Shown: in pieces, positions 39,685 to 51,920 of the stretch
Position numbering within the stretch: position 1 is the first letter of the stretch
Layout: the number at the start of each line of letters is the position of its first letter
From: Mobula hypostoma
Taxonomy: Eukaryota
Assembly (NCBI RefSeq): GCF_963921235.1
Contig: NC_086097.1
Span: 216,878,001-216,942,000, forward strand
Length of the DNA: 64,000 nucleotides
Direction: 5' to 3'
The notes under the pieces: model-generated
Database searches by the model: none
Told to the model about the DNA's origin: nothing
The model's input: the letters and a program-made list of their open reading frames with translations, nothing else
Translations under genes and position numbers: made by a program

Positions 39685-39978
39685 CCACAAGGAAACCCTG
39701 TACTGACTACCCACTCCACAGGGAAACCCTGTACTGACTGCCTACTCCACAGGGAAACACTGTACTAAGTACCCACTCCACAGGGAAACACTGTACTGAC
39801 TGCCTACTCCACAGGGAAACACTGTACTAAGTACCCACTCCACAGGGAAACCCTGCACAGACTGCCTACTCCAGAGAGAAACACTGTACTGAGTACCTAC
39901 TCCACAGGGAAATCCTGTACTGACTACTCACTCCACAGGGAAACACTGCACTACCTTCTCCACAGGGGAATCCCTGTA
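39685..39978. repeat. 31-bp minisatellite, about 9 copies
   Basis: Unit CCACAGGGAAAC(A/C)CTGTACTGACT(A/G)CC(C/T)ACT. Confidence 0.93.
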
Positions 39979-40659
39979 CATTAATTACATACGTTATCAC
40001 ACTACAACGAGATACGTTGCATGCCTCACTTAAAGGAAACCTGAAGTTAGACTCACATTTTGGATTCTTGTGTCTTTTTTTTTAATTAGTTTAATATTTT
40101 GAGGTTACGAAAAAACACCCTACATGCACTAATTCCTCTGGTGGAGGGTCTGGACCTTTACCTACAACCATGGGTGTGAGGTAGGTCTGAGGACAGGTGC
40201 AGCAGATACTTCCCTCTGCCCCGACTGTCCTTACTTCTCACCTCCAACTCCATGCTGCTTTGCAGCACACAGCGAAGTAACTCTGAGCAGCAGCTTTAGG
40301 TGACCCCAGCAATGACACAAAACCATTGAAATTTTCATCTGTGCCTAGCATTTCTGCATTTTTCTATTCAATGCATAGGAACATGTCTAGGTTTCAGGTG
40401 GATAGATTATGGAGAGGGATGAGATTATAAAAGTCACATTACCATATATAAGTAGTATTGATATATACATAGAATTAATATGCAAAAAGTGCAAAACCTT
40501 TCAATTTGTAGATTTGTGTGTTCATTTCGATAACACACCACTTAAACGATGTTTAATTAAAATGATGAACGATCCTTATTCAGGCTCAGGAACACCACCT
40601 CACTATTTTGTTTTTTTGCACTACTTATTAAATTTAATTTTTCACATATATATATATTT

Positions 40660-41560
40660 GGGCAGATGACACCAAGATTGGGGTGAAATAGTCAGCAAAG
40701 AAGACTATTATGCTTCCAGTGGGATCTGGACCAGCTGGAAGAATGGGCTGAAAAATGGCAGATGGAATTTAATCGAGGTTTTGCACTTTGGTAGGACCAA
40801 CCAGGGTAGATCTTACACAGTGATCTGTAGGGCACTGAGGAGGCTGGCAGAACAAAGGGATCTGGGAATACAGGTCCATAATTCATTGAATGTGGCATCA
40901 CAGATAGATAGGGTTATAAAGAAAACTTTGGCACATTAGCCTTCATAAATCAACGTATTGAGTACAAAAAATGGGATGTTATGTTGAAATTGTATGAGAC
41001 ATTGATGAAGCCCAATTTGGAGTACTGTGTGCATTTTTTGGTCACCTATCTATAGGAAAGGTGTAAATGAGATTGAAAGAGTAGAGAGAAAATTTACAAG
41101 GATGTTGCCAGGTTTGGAGGAGCTGAATTATAAGGAAAGATTGAATAGGTTAGGAATCTATTCTTGAAACGTAGGAGATTGAGAGGAAATCTGATAGAGC
41201 TATACAAAATTATGAGGGGTATAGATAGAGTAAATGCATGCAGGCCTTTTCCACTAAGGTTGGGTGGGACTACAACTAGAAGTCATGGGTTAAAGGTGAA
41301 AAGTGAAAAGCTTAAGGGGAACATGACGCAAACCTCTTCACTCGGAAGGTTGAGAGAGTGTGGAATGAGCTGTCAGTGCAAGTGGTGCATGCCAGCTCAA
41401 TGTCAATGTTTAAGAGAAGTGTGGATAGGTACGTGGATGGTAGGAGTATGGAGGGCTATGGTCCCAGTGCAGGTTGATGGGAGTAGGCAGTTTAAATGGC
41501 TTGGCAGGCACAAGATGGCCCAAAAGGCCTGTTTCTGTGCTGTACTTTTCTATAACTCTG
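40660..41560 (+). mobile_element. 5'-truncated degenerate CR1
   Basis: ADDTK, WAEKWQMEFN and RRRLRGNLIELYKIMRG remnants. Confidence 0.85.
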
Positions 41561-42730
41561 TGCCTCTGTGACATCCATCAGTGATATTAAACCTGATTCT
41601 GATTCTATTCCAGCTGTCACATAATATGTGGAAATGTGTTTTTTTGTCTATTAGAATATATTTGCCTGTAAGTTCTATTTTCAGTCAGCATAGAAACATA
41701 GAAAACCTACAGCACAATACAGGCCCTTCAGCCCACAATGCTGTGCCGAACATGTACTTACTTCAGAAATTACCTAGGCTTAACCATAGCCCTCTATTTT
41801 TCTAAGCTCCATGTACCTATCCAGGAATCTCTTAAAAGACCCTATCATATCCACCTCCACCACCATCGCCGGCAGCCCGTTCCATGCACTTACCAATCTC
41901 TGTGTAAAAATTTACCTCTGATATCCCCTCTGTACCTGCTTCCAAGCACCTTAAAACTGTGCCCTCTCATGATAGCCATTTCGGCCCTGGGGAAAAGCCT
42001 TTGACTATCCATATGATCAATGCCTCTAATGTAGCATGCCATACACTACAGTGAAAGTCTCTGCCAAGTTCAATTTCCATTGATCTAAATAGAAATTTGG
42101 AAGTGGAGCACCATGTACTGCTCTTTCCCGAAGGGTCCCAGCGATGAGGATATCAGCCCAGCAGTTGGCCAAAGGGGATTCCCAAGAGAGATTGTTCAGT
42201 TGAAAAGCAGCAAGTAAATTCCAACATTCACAGCTACCTGAAGACCCTGCAGTTGGAGACTAGAGCCATTGCCACAAAACAACTTTCGCAGTGGTGCTAA
42301 TGTCACGGGAAAGGAAAGCGTGCACACCTGGGCACTCTGGAGCAGCTGCTCCTGCTCCTGTACAAAAGCAGGCCAGGGAACATACTTACATGTTTGTGAA
42401 CAAATGTGATGTGTATTTTTGTTGTATGTTTGTAGATACCATGGTAATTGAGAATATCTCCTCTCAAACACATTTCCCGATTTACAAATGGAAAGTATTT
42501 CATAACACAAATTAGTTCTGTGATTAGTATTCTGATTGGATAAAAAGAAAGACATTTGGTTGTAAAAACCTCCACCTACATACCTTAACAAGACAACCTC
42601 GAAACCAATTGGTAAACTCATCTTTTATTTTAGTAAGTTATGAAGCTTCATCTTATTTGCTTTTTCTGCCTTATAAAGTTTAGTTCCATTTTGTTTTTAC
42701 AGGTACTTGATAAAAGCACCTTAATTTACA

Positions 42731-42837
42731 ATGGCTGATCAAAGACAGCGTGCACTTTCTACCTCAGGAGAAGGACTATACCAAATTCTAGGTTTAGAGA
42801 AAGGAGCTACACATGAGGAAATAAAAAAATCCTACAG
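42731..42837 (+). CDS. DNAJC5B: Cysteine string protein (DNAJC5 family, beta-like), first coding exon
   Basis: Acceptor ttgtttttacag ends at 42702, there is an in-frame TAA 9 nt upstream of the ATG at 42731, and the donor is CAG|gtacgc. Translates [35 protein letters not shown](R), the CSP N-terminus with the RxxS PKA site and the start of the J-domain. 107 coding nt, phase 2. Confidence 0.95.
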
Positions 42838-43842
42838 GTACGCAACATAGTGCAAGTTATCCAGCAAGATATTATGCAGGTGTTCTAATTGCCTTAGTTA
42901 GTATTGCCTTCGTTAGAACATCAGGATAAAAATAATTCTTTCACAAGCCAAGGGTAAATCAAAATAAGTGGAGAAGAGAATAATTTGTGTTCAAGTATTA
43001 CTTCCACACAGACTACTATTGGAGAAGCACATATGTAGCACAGGTGAAACATCAATATTTTTTGTTTAAGATACTTTGGAGTTTAAATTTGAGTCATCAG
43101 CGGCAGCAGAAGGCAGGCAGAGCACCACCAAATGCAGTGAGTTTTTTCTCCCTGCTTGGGGGTTTTTCTTATTTTTTAAACCATAAAAGAGAGATAGGGT
43201 CTAGTGGAGTGGCCATCATCGGAGACGGGGCTAGATTCAGAATGAGAACATAGAGAGTTCAAGAGGCTTCCACGAGAAGAGGTAGGTAAGAAGGATAGGT
43301 TTTTCCTTTCATTATTGTTGATTTGGTCTTGTTTGCCCATAGTACAGTGCAGGCAGGGCAGCAGATGTGGCAGTGGAATGCTCCTGTAGGAGGTGGGAAT
43401 TAATGAAATCTGATGGTCTCCCTGACGACCACACCTGTGGGAAGTGCAGCCACCTCCAGCTCATGAAAATCCGCATTAAGGAGCTGGAGCTGGAGTTGGA
43501 TGAACTAAGGATTATCTGGGACGCAGAGCAATTGTTAGGTAAGTCTTTTGAGCAGATGGTTACACCCAGAATGCAGAATTCAGGGAGTGAATGGGTGAAC
43601 ACCGAGAGGTAAAGGGAGAAGGAAGTCAGTGCAGTCTCTCTGTGGCCATTCCCCTCAGCAACAGGTACACCCCTTGGATACTGCTGTGGGGGAAGACCTA
43701 TCTGGACAAAGCAGCAGCAGCCAGACCAATAGCACTGTGGTTGGGTCTAAGCCTCAGAGGGATAGGGTGAAGTCAGGCAGAGCAATAGTCATAGGGGACT
43801 CAATAGTTAGGGGGACATTTAGGAAGTTCTGCGGCAGCAGAA

Positions 43843-44306
43843 GATAGATAGATAGACAGACATACCTTGTTGATCCCAAGGGAAATTGGGTTTTGTTATA
43901 GTTGCACAAGAATAGAGTATAGATATAGCAATATAAAACCATAAATAATTAAATAATAATATGTAAATTATGCCAGATGGAAATAAGTTCAGGACCAGCC
44001 TATTGGCTCAGGGTGTCTGACCCTCCAAGGGAGGAGTTGTAAAGTTTGATAGCCACAGGCAGGAATGACTTCCTGTGACGCTTTGTGTTGCATCTGGGTG
44101 GAATGAGTCTCTGGCTGAATGTACTCCTGTGCCCAACCAGTACATTATGTAATGGATGGGAGACATTGTCCAAGATGGCATGCAACTTGGACAGCATCCT
44201 CTTTTCAGACACCACCATCAGAGGGTCCAGTTCCATCCCCACAACATCACTGGCCTTACAATTGAGTTTGTTGATTCTGTTGGTGTCTGCTACCCTCAGC
44301 CTGCTG
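43843..44306 (-). mobile_element. Rex1/Babar-like LINE 3' end nested in CR1 ORF1
   Basis: ILDNVSHPLH...RHRKSFLPVAIKLYN motif with (TATC)n tail. Related fragment at 51390-51590. Confidence 0.8.
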
Positions 44307-44934
44307 CCTGGTCTCCAGAGACTCCAGGATGGTGTGTTGCCTCCCGGGTGCTAGGGTCCAGGATGTCCCTGAGCAGTTGCAGAATATCCTTGAGGGTGAG
44401 CAGCCAGAAGTCGTGGTACATATTGGTGCCAATGACGTAGGCACGAGAGGGTAGAGATCCTGCGAAAGTTAGAAAGGAGACTGAAGAGCAGGGCCTCCAA
44501 GGTGGTAATCTCCAGATTACTCCCGGTGCAACAAGCTAGGGAAGGTCAGAACAGGAAGATACCCGCAGACGAATGAGTGGCTGAGGAGATGGTGCAGGGG
44601 GCAGGGTTTCATGTTCTTGGATCATTGGAACCTTTTCCGGGGAAGGGGTGACCTGTACAAGTGGGACAGGTTGCACCTGAACTGGAGGGGAACCGATATT
44701 CTCTGAGGGAGGTTTGCTAATGTTATTTGGAGGGTTTGAATTAGATTTGCAGGGGACCGGGAACCGAAGTGAGGAGACAGAGGATGGGCCTGTTGACGCA
44801 CAAGTAGTGACAGCTTTGAGGGAGTTTGTGAGGAAGGATAGGCAGATGATAGAGCAAAGATGCACTCACCCAGATGGTTTGAGGTGTTTCTATTTTAATG
44901 CAAGGAGTATCATAAACAAGGCAGATGAACTTAG

Positions 44935-45172
44935 GGGGAGGGGAGGGAGGGAATGTCGACTCAGACCATGAGACGCCTGTGTCGGGCATCGTGTTGGGTG
45001 TGTGGGCAACTGGTTAAGGCATTCGTCTAGTAATCTGAAGGTCGCTAGTTTGAGCCTCAGGTGTGGCAGCATGTTTGTGTCCTTGAGCAAGGCACTTAAC
45101 CACACATTGCTCTAGTGTCTGTGCGAGGAATGGCGCCCCACACAGACTTCCAATCTGCACCTTGTAAGGCAT
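44935..45172. mobile_element. tRNA-derived SINE insertion with 11-bp TSD
   Basis: GATGAACTTAG duplicated at 44924-44934 and 45173-45183. The head is similar to the 18072 SINE. Confidence 0.8.
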
Positions 45173-48100
45173 GATGAACTTAGAGCGTAGGTCAATACAT
45201 GGAATTATGACATTGTGGCCATTACAGAGGCTTGGATGTCTCGGGCAGGAATGACTGCTGAGTGTGCCAGGCTTTAGATGTTTCAGAAAGGACAAGGAGG
45301 GAGGCAGAAGAGGTGGGGGGCGTGGCATTGCTAATCAAGGATCGTGTCACAACTGCTGAAAAGGAGGAAGTCATGGAGGGATTGCCTACTGAGTCAGTGT
45401 GGGTGGAAGTCAGAAACAGGAAAGGGGCAATAACTTTATTAGGTGCTTTTTATAGACCTCTCCAATAGTAACAGAGACATCGAGGAGCAATTTGGAGGCA
45501 GGTTCTGGAACAGTGCAATAATAATAGGTTTGGTATGATGGGTGATTTTAACTATCCTAATATTGACTGGCATCTTCTTACAGCAAGGGGTTTGGATGGG
45601 ATGGAGTTCATTAGGTGTGTTCAGGAAGGTTTCCTGACACAATATGTAGATAAGCCAACTAGAGGAGAGACTGTACTTGATTTGGTATTGGGAAATGAAC
45701 CTGCCCATGTGTCAGATCTCTCAGTGGGACAGCACTTTGGAGGTAGTGATCACAACTCTCTCTCCTTTACCAGAGTGCTGGAAAGGGATAGGAGCAGACA
45801 ATTTGGAAAAACATTTAATTGGGGTAAGGGGAAATATACTGCTATTAGGCAGGAACTTGGGAACATAAATTGGGAGCAGCTGTTCTCAGGGAAAAGCATG
45901 GCAGAAATGTGGCAAATGTTCAGTGAATATTTGCATGGAGTTCTGCATAGGTATGTTCCATTGAGCCAGGGAAAGAATGGTAGGGTTAAAGAACCATAGT
46001 GTACAAATAATGTGGAAAATCTAGTTAAGAAGAAAAGAAAAACTTACAAAAGGTTCAAGAAACTTGGTACTGTTAGAGCTCTAGAAAATTACAAGGTTGC
46101 CAGGAAGGAGCTGAAGAATGAAATTAGGAGCCAGGAGAGGCAATGAGAAGGCCTTGGTGAGCAGGATTAAGGAAAGCCCCAAGGCATTCTACAAGTATGT
46201 GAAGAGTCAGAGGATGAGCCATGTGAGAATAGGACCAATCAGGTGCGATAGTGGAAACGTGTGCATGGAGTCAGAGGAGGTAGTGGAGGTACTTAATGAA
46301 TACTTTGCTTCAGTATTCACCAGGGGAAAAGACCTTGGCAATTGTGGGGATGACTTACAGTGGACTGAAACGCTTGAGCATATAGACATTAAGAAAGAGG
46401 ATGTGCTGGAGCTTTCGAAGAGCGCTAAGTTAGATAAGTCACCGGGACTGGACGAGATATACCCCAGGCTACCGTGGGAAGCAAGGGAGGAGCTTATTGA
46501 GCCTCCGGTCAATGATTTTTGCATCATCAATAGGGACGGGAGAAGTACCGGAGGATTGGAGGGTTCTAAATATTGTTCCTTTGTTCAAGAAAGATAAGCC
46601 AGGAAATTATGGACAAGTGATTCTAACTTCAGTGGTGGGCAAGTTGTTGGAGAAGATCCTGAGAGGCAGGATTTATGAACATTTGGAGGGATATAATCTG
46701 ATTAGGAATAGTCAGCATGGCTTTGTCAAGGGCAGGTCATGCCTTATGAACCTGATTAAATACTTTGAGGACGTAACAAAACATATTGATGAAGGTAGAG
46801 CAGTGGATGTAGTGTATATGGATTTCAGGAAGGCATTTGATAGGGTTCCCCATGCAAGGCTCATTCAGAAAGTAAGTAGGCATGGGATCCAAGGAGATCT
46901 TGCTTGTGGATCCAGAAATGGCTTGCTCACAGAAGGCAAAGGGTGGTTGTAGATGGTTAATATTCTGCATGGAGGTCAATGACCAGTGGTGTTCTGCAGG
47001 GATCTGTTCTGGGACCCCTCCTCTATCTGATTTTTATAACTGACCTGGATGTGGAAGTAGGAGGGTGGGTTAGTAAGTTTGCTTATGACACAAAGGTTGG
47101 GGCTGTTGTGAATAGTCTGGAGCATTGTCAGAGGTTACAGCAGGACATCGATAGGATGCAGAACTGGGCTGAGAAGTGGCAGTTGGAGTTCAACCCAGCT
47201 AAGTGTGAAGTGGTTCATTCTGGTAGGTCAAATTTGAAGACAGAATATAACATTAATGGTAAGACTCTTGGCAATGTGGAGGATCAGAGGGATATTGGGG
47301 TCCATATCCATAGGACACTCAAAGCTGCTGCGCAGGTTGACAGTTTTGTTAAGAAGGCGTATAGCCTTAATCGACCATGGGATTGAGTTCAAGAGCCATG
47401 AAGTAATGTTACAGCTATATAAGACCTTGGTCAGATGCCACTTGGAGTACTGTGTCCAGTTCTGGTCACCTCACTACAGGAAGGATGTGGTTACTATAAA
47501 GAGAGTGCAGAGAAGATTTTCAAGGATGTTGCCTGAATTGGAGAGTGTGCCTTATGGGAATAGGTTGAGTGAACTTGGCCTTTTCTCCTTGGAGCAACAG
47601 AGAATGAGAGGTGACCTGTTAGAGGTGTACAAGATGATGAGAGGCATTGATCATGTGGATAGCCAGAGGCCTTTTCCCAGGCTGAAATGGCTAACACAAG
47701 ACGGCATGGTTTTAAGGTGCTTGGAAGTAGGTACGGGGGGATGTCAGAGTTAAGTTTTTCACACTGCCAGCGATGGTGGTAGGGGCGTATACAATAGGGT
47801 CTTTTAAGATACTCTCCTAGTTAGGTACATGGAACAGAAAAATAGAGGGCTTTGCGGTAGGGAAATTCTAGGCAGTTTCTAGAGTTGGTTACATAGTCGG
47901 TACAATGTTGTGGGCTGAAGGGCCTGTAATGTGCTGTAGATTTCTATGTTCTATGTTCTAATCAAAATATTAGCATATGCTGATAAAAATCCAAAATCCA
48001 TTTATAAATCCTTTTCTCCAATGAATGACACCACACCATCACTACCCTCTGTTTTCCATGGCCAAGCCAATTTTGAATTCAATCTACCAAAGCTCCATGG

Positions 48101-51100
48101 GCCCCTTGTGCTTTAATCCTCTGAATCAGACTACCATGGGAGACCTTCTCAAAAGCTTTACAAAGTGTTTGTTTTTAACATGCACTACCCTACCCTCTTC
48201 AATTATCTTTGTCACCTCCTCAAAAAGCTCAGTCAAGTGTGTAAGACAATTCCATACTTTCTCTAATAGGTCTATGCTTCTCCAGATGGAAGTGGCCAGT
48301 TCTCTGTGAATTTGCTATTACGACAATAGATGTAAACAAACATTGGTGGATTAGATATTGTCATCTGTGCTTGGCTGGAGGATATGGGTTTTGTGGCAGG
48401 GTCCTGGCATTATTGTGCAACCAGGTGCTTTCTTTGCTCATAACTTCAAAGTTTCTAGGGGTTAGCCAGACAACACGAAGGTATTAAAATCCCTTGTCAT
48501 CATTTGAAAAAGTTAGATCCTTCTAAATCTAGTGCTGCCCTTGCAAGCAAGAAATATGAATTGGAAGACAGAGCAAACCAATTATGTAAACCTAAGTTGC
48601 TGTAAAATATGAAAGAGAGATAACTAAGTACAGAAAATTCTACAGAAAGTCAAGTGACTTTCCCAGAAAGTAACTGAGATTGACACTTAATAAATATTGA
48701 GAAGACAGGAGCATGACGAAGGATGCCAAACATTGGACTCAGCCCAAGAGAAGACTGCAATGGCAATCATTACCTAAGTGCAGCCACATGCACTTAGAAA
48801 TGCATGTTTCTAACAATAATGGAGACAAAAATATATATTAAAAATTTAAGCACTTGTTAATCAGTGGAACACCTTTGCATGGAGAAAGCTGATAGATCCT
48901 GGAATCTATGTTGATACTTTGTTGTGGATATTCATTTATTTTAAAACTTTTGACAGCTCATTTGCTTTTACTGTTTCATAAACATAATGATGTAAATAAG
49001 ACTTTGTGTCATTCACAGATCTTATTGTCTTTTTAATACTTCCTATTTAATATCATGTATCAAATACCTTAAAATTTTCCTTAATTGAACTATCAATCTG
49101 AATGAGTTATGTGTCTGTTATAGGAATATGGAAAACATGACTTGAATTGAAAACTGGAGTTTACTTAACTAATTAATGAGGTGAATTACTAATGTAACAT
49201 GACTTTCAAATAACTTAGGGAGTAGCATTGCCAGTGGAATACGTGATTACCCACTCAAGAAAAATTGATCTTACTTGACAACGGAAGAAATAGTTATAAA
49301 TATTAATTTCCTCTTGTCATCTATAGATTTTTTTTCATCTGCGAGATTACTTCAACTCTTGATGTTAAAACTCCTGATATTGATTCTGTGTAATTAATTA
49401 TTTTATAATTTAGTGCCTTACATCTTTGGACTATGTTTCATCAAACACACTTGCAGTAATATTCTCTCATCCTCTGCCATTCCTTTTGATCATATGAAAA
49501 GCTTTTGATTACAGAATTCTGCATGACCATGGACACTGCCATTGGATCATTAACCAGAAAAGCATAATTCAAACAAGGACATGTGGGCATTTTGAATCAT
49601 TCCTATCCTTTTTATTTTTGCATGATTCTCTATTCAAAAGTCCAGGCAACAGGATAAACTTATCTATTCAGAAAGTATAACTTTAAAGCAACAGAAGGGC
49701 CATTATATGGCTGATAGGACTTATAGGACATGCCCTCTTCTCATTGTTACAGTCAGGAAGGAGGTACAGAAGCCTGGAAGTACACATTCAGTGATTCATC
49801 AACAACTTCCTCCACTCTACCATCCAATTTCTAAATGGCCATTGAACCCATGAACACTACATTACTACTCTTTTATTTCTGTTTTTACATTACTTATTTT
49901 AACTTAACTAATTAATATACATATATCTACTTACTGTAATTCAGTTTTTTTTAATTTATCATGTATTGCATTGTACTGCTGCCGTGAAGTTAACTAATTT
50001 CACAACACATGCCAGTGATATTAAACCTGATCTGATTCTCACTGTTCTATAGACCATTAATAAATGGGATGGATATTGAACAGCATATTAGTTTGGAAAT
50101 TGAATGAGGAAATGGGATAAAGGGGAGCTTTAACTCTCCAAATAGCAAATGCATAATGGGCAAACTGGAGGAAGTGTTTCTGAATTGTGTTCAAGGGATC
50201 TTTATGGTTGCTCCCACAAGGAAGGCAGCACAACTGATTTTTATTCTAGGAAATAATGCTACACCAAATCCAGGTATATCTAGGATACAGTGAGCATGAT
50301 ATCATAAGATTTGGAATAGCTCTGATATAAGACATGGACCACTTCAAGGTAAAATCAGACAACTGGAGAAGGGCCAATTTCACTGGGATGAGGACAGAAC
50401 TGGTGAAGGAACCAGAGTTTAACAGACACAAATACAATTGAACAAAGGGAGGACCTTAAGGTGGGGTTTAAGTACAGTACCATAAGAGAGAAGGTTAGGG
50501 AAATGAAAGCCCAGTGTCTATATATCTATATAAATGGCCATAAGTATAGAGTGTCAAATACAACATAGAAAAAAAACACATGAAAGTTGCCAAGTTACTA
50601 ACAGAAAGTTCAAAGAGAAAAAGAAATGAAAAGGGAAACTAAGTTGGAAAATAAAAAAAAACATAGACATATGAACAAGGAAAATTGTTGCAGAAGGGGA
50701 GGTGAGGCAGATCGGAAGCTCACAATGAAATTCACTCATGAAAGAGATGGTATGGCTGAGATACTGAATGAGCACCGTTCACCAGTCTTGACCAGGAAAA
50801 CACTGCTAAGGAGTCTCAGGAAAGGAAGATGTAGTTGTACTTCAGGATAGGGTGGAAATTGATAGAGAAGGTATCTGAATGGCTTGCTGCTCTTCAAGTG
50901 GATAAATCATGTGGTCCAGAAAAGATTCATTCTAGGTTGCTGAGGGAAGTAAAGGAAGAAGAGACAGACGTTCTGGTCAGAATCTTTTAAACATCCTTTG
51001 GGAAATTGCACATGATACATCCTCATTCAAAAGTGCTTGCAGGGTTCCAAATCTGTGAATGACATAAAATGTGCAGACATAGTAAACAGTGAGGAAGACA

Positions 51101-51102
51101 GC

Positions 51103-51330
51103 ACGAACACGAGAAAATATGCAGAGGTTGGAAATCCAAGCAACACACACAAAATGCTGGAGGAACTCAGCAAGCCAGGCAGCATACATGGAAAAGAGTA
51201 AACAGTTGTCTTTCGGGCCAAGAATCTTTATCAAGTCCTGATGAAGGATCTCAACCTGAAACGTCAACTGTACTCTTTTCCATGGATGCTGCCTGGCCTG
51301 CTGAGTTCCTCCAGCATTTTGTTTGTGGTG
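51103..51330. mobile_element. Palindromic Penelope-like terminal repeat derivative
   Basis: Inverted arms of ~100 bp (CAAAATGCTGGAGGAACTCAGCA...TGCTGAGTTCCTCCAGCATTTTG) around a hammerhead-like centre. Confidence 0.8.
51233..51270 (+). ncRNA. Minimal type-I hammerhead ribozyme motif
   Basis: AAGTC-CTGATGA(51238-44)-AGG atctcaa CCT-GAAAC-GTC(51263-65)-AACTG. It has the conserved core, a 3-bp stem II, palindromic ACGT stem III and a GUC cleavage triplet. Stem I is imperfect in this copy. Confidence 0.65.
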
Positions 51331-51677
51331 TTGTCAGGAGTCCATAGATTCCTAATGTTAGATGAGGTGGTGAAGAAAGCATATAGACGCTGGCCTTTGG
51401 AGCAGCGCAGTTGTCTTAGTCTGTTACTAAGAGTGTTCCTCTGTTCAGACAAGGTGGCATGTAGAGGGTGAGAAACATTGTCCAGAATTCCCAGGATTTT
51501 CCATTGGGTCCTTTGTTCTACCACAGCCTCCAGTGTGTCCAGTTTGACTCCTATAACAGAGCCAGCCTTTCTAACCAGTTTAATTCCTTCTGCACAGTAG
51601 CTTCAACATTCAAGAAGCTCAACACCATTCAAAACCTACAGCCCACTAACACCACACTGACTGTCACTCCTTCCACA

Positions 51678-51920
51678 ATGGTAGCATAATGGTTAGCATA
51701 ATGCTATAACAGCGCCAGTGACCCAGGTTCCATTCCACCACTGTCTGTAAGGGATTTATACGTTCGCTCTGTAAACTTGTGGGATTTTGCCACGTAGTCT
51801 GGTTTCCTCCCACATACCAAAGACATACGGGTTAGTGGGTTAATTGGTCACAGGGGGGTAATTAGGTGGCGCAGGCTCATTGAGTCAGAAGAGCCTGACA
51901 CCATGGTGTATCTCTAAATG
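51678..51920 (+). mobile_element. HE1/V-SINE-like element
   Basis: tRNA-like head plus GGTTTCCTCCCACATACCAAAGACATACGGGTTAGTGGGTTAATTGG and a LINE-like tail. Further copies at ~52285-52565, 53850-54095, 54190-54440 (minus) and 58080-58250. Confidence 0.78.

Larger units (their letters stand above)
43200..47960 (+). mobile_element. Essentially full-length CR1 LINE (decayed) in the DNAJC5B intron, sense orientation
   Basis: ORF1 zinc finger/leucine zipper (ECSC...TCGKC...IKELELELDELRII), esterase VIGDSIVRG, ORF2 endonuclease (FNARS, GDFNYP, LDLVL, GSDHN), RT (QHGFVKGRSCL, VYMDFRKAFD, QGSVLGP) and (TTCTATG)n tail. Two nested insertions. Confidence 0.93.
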
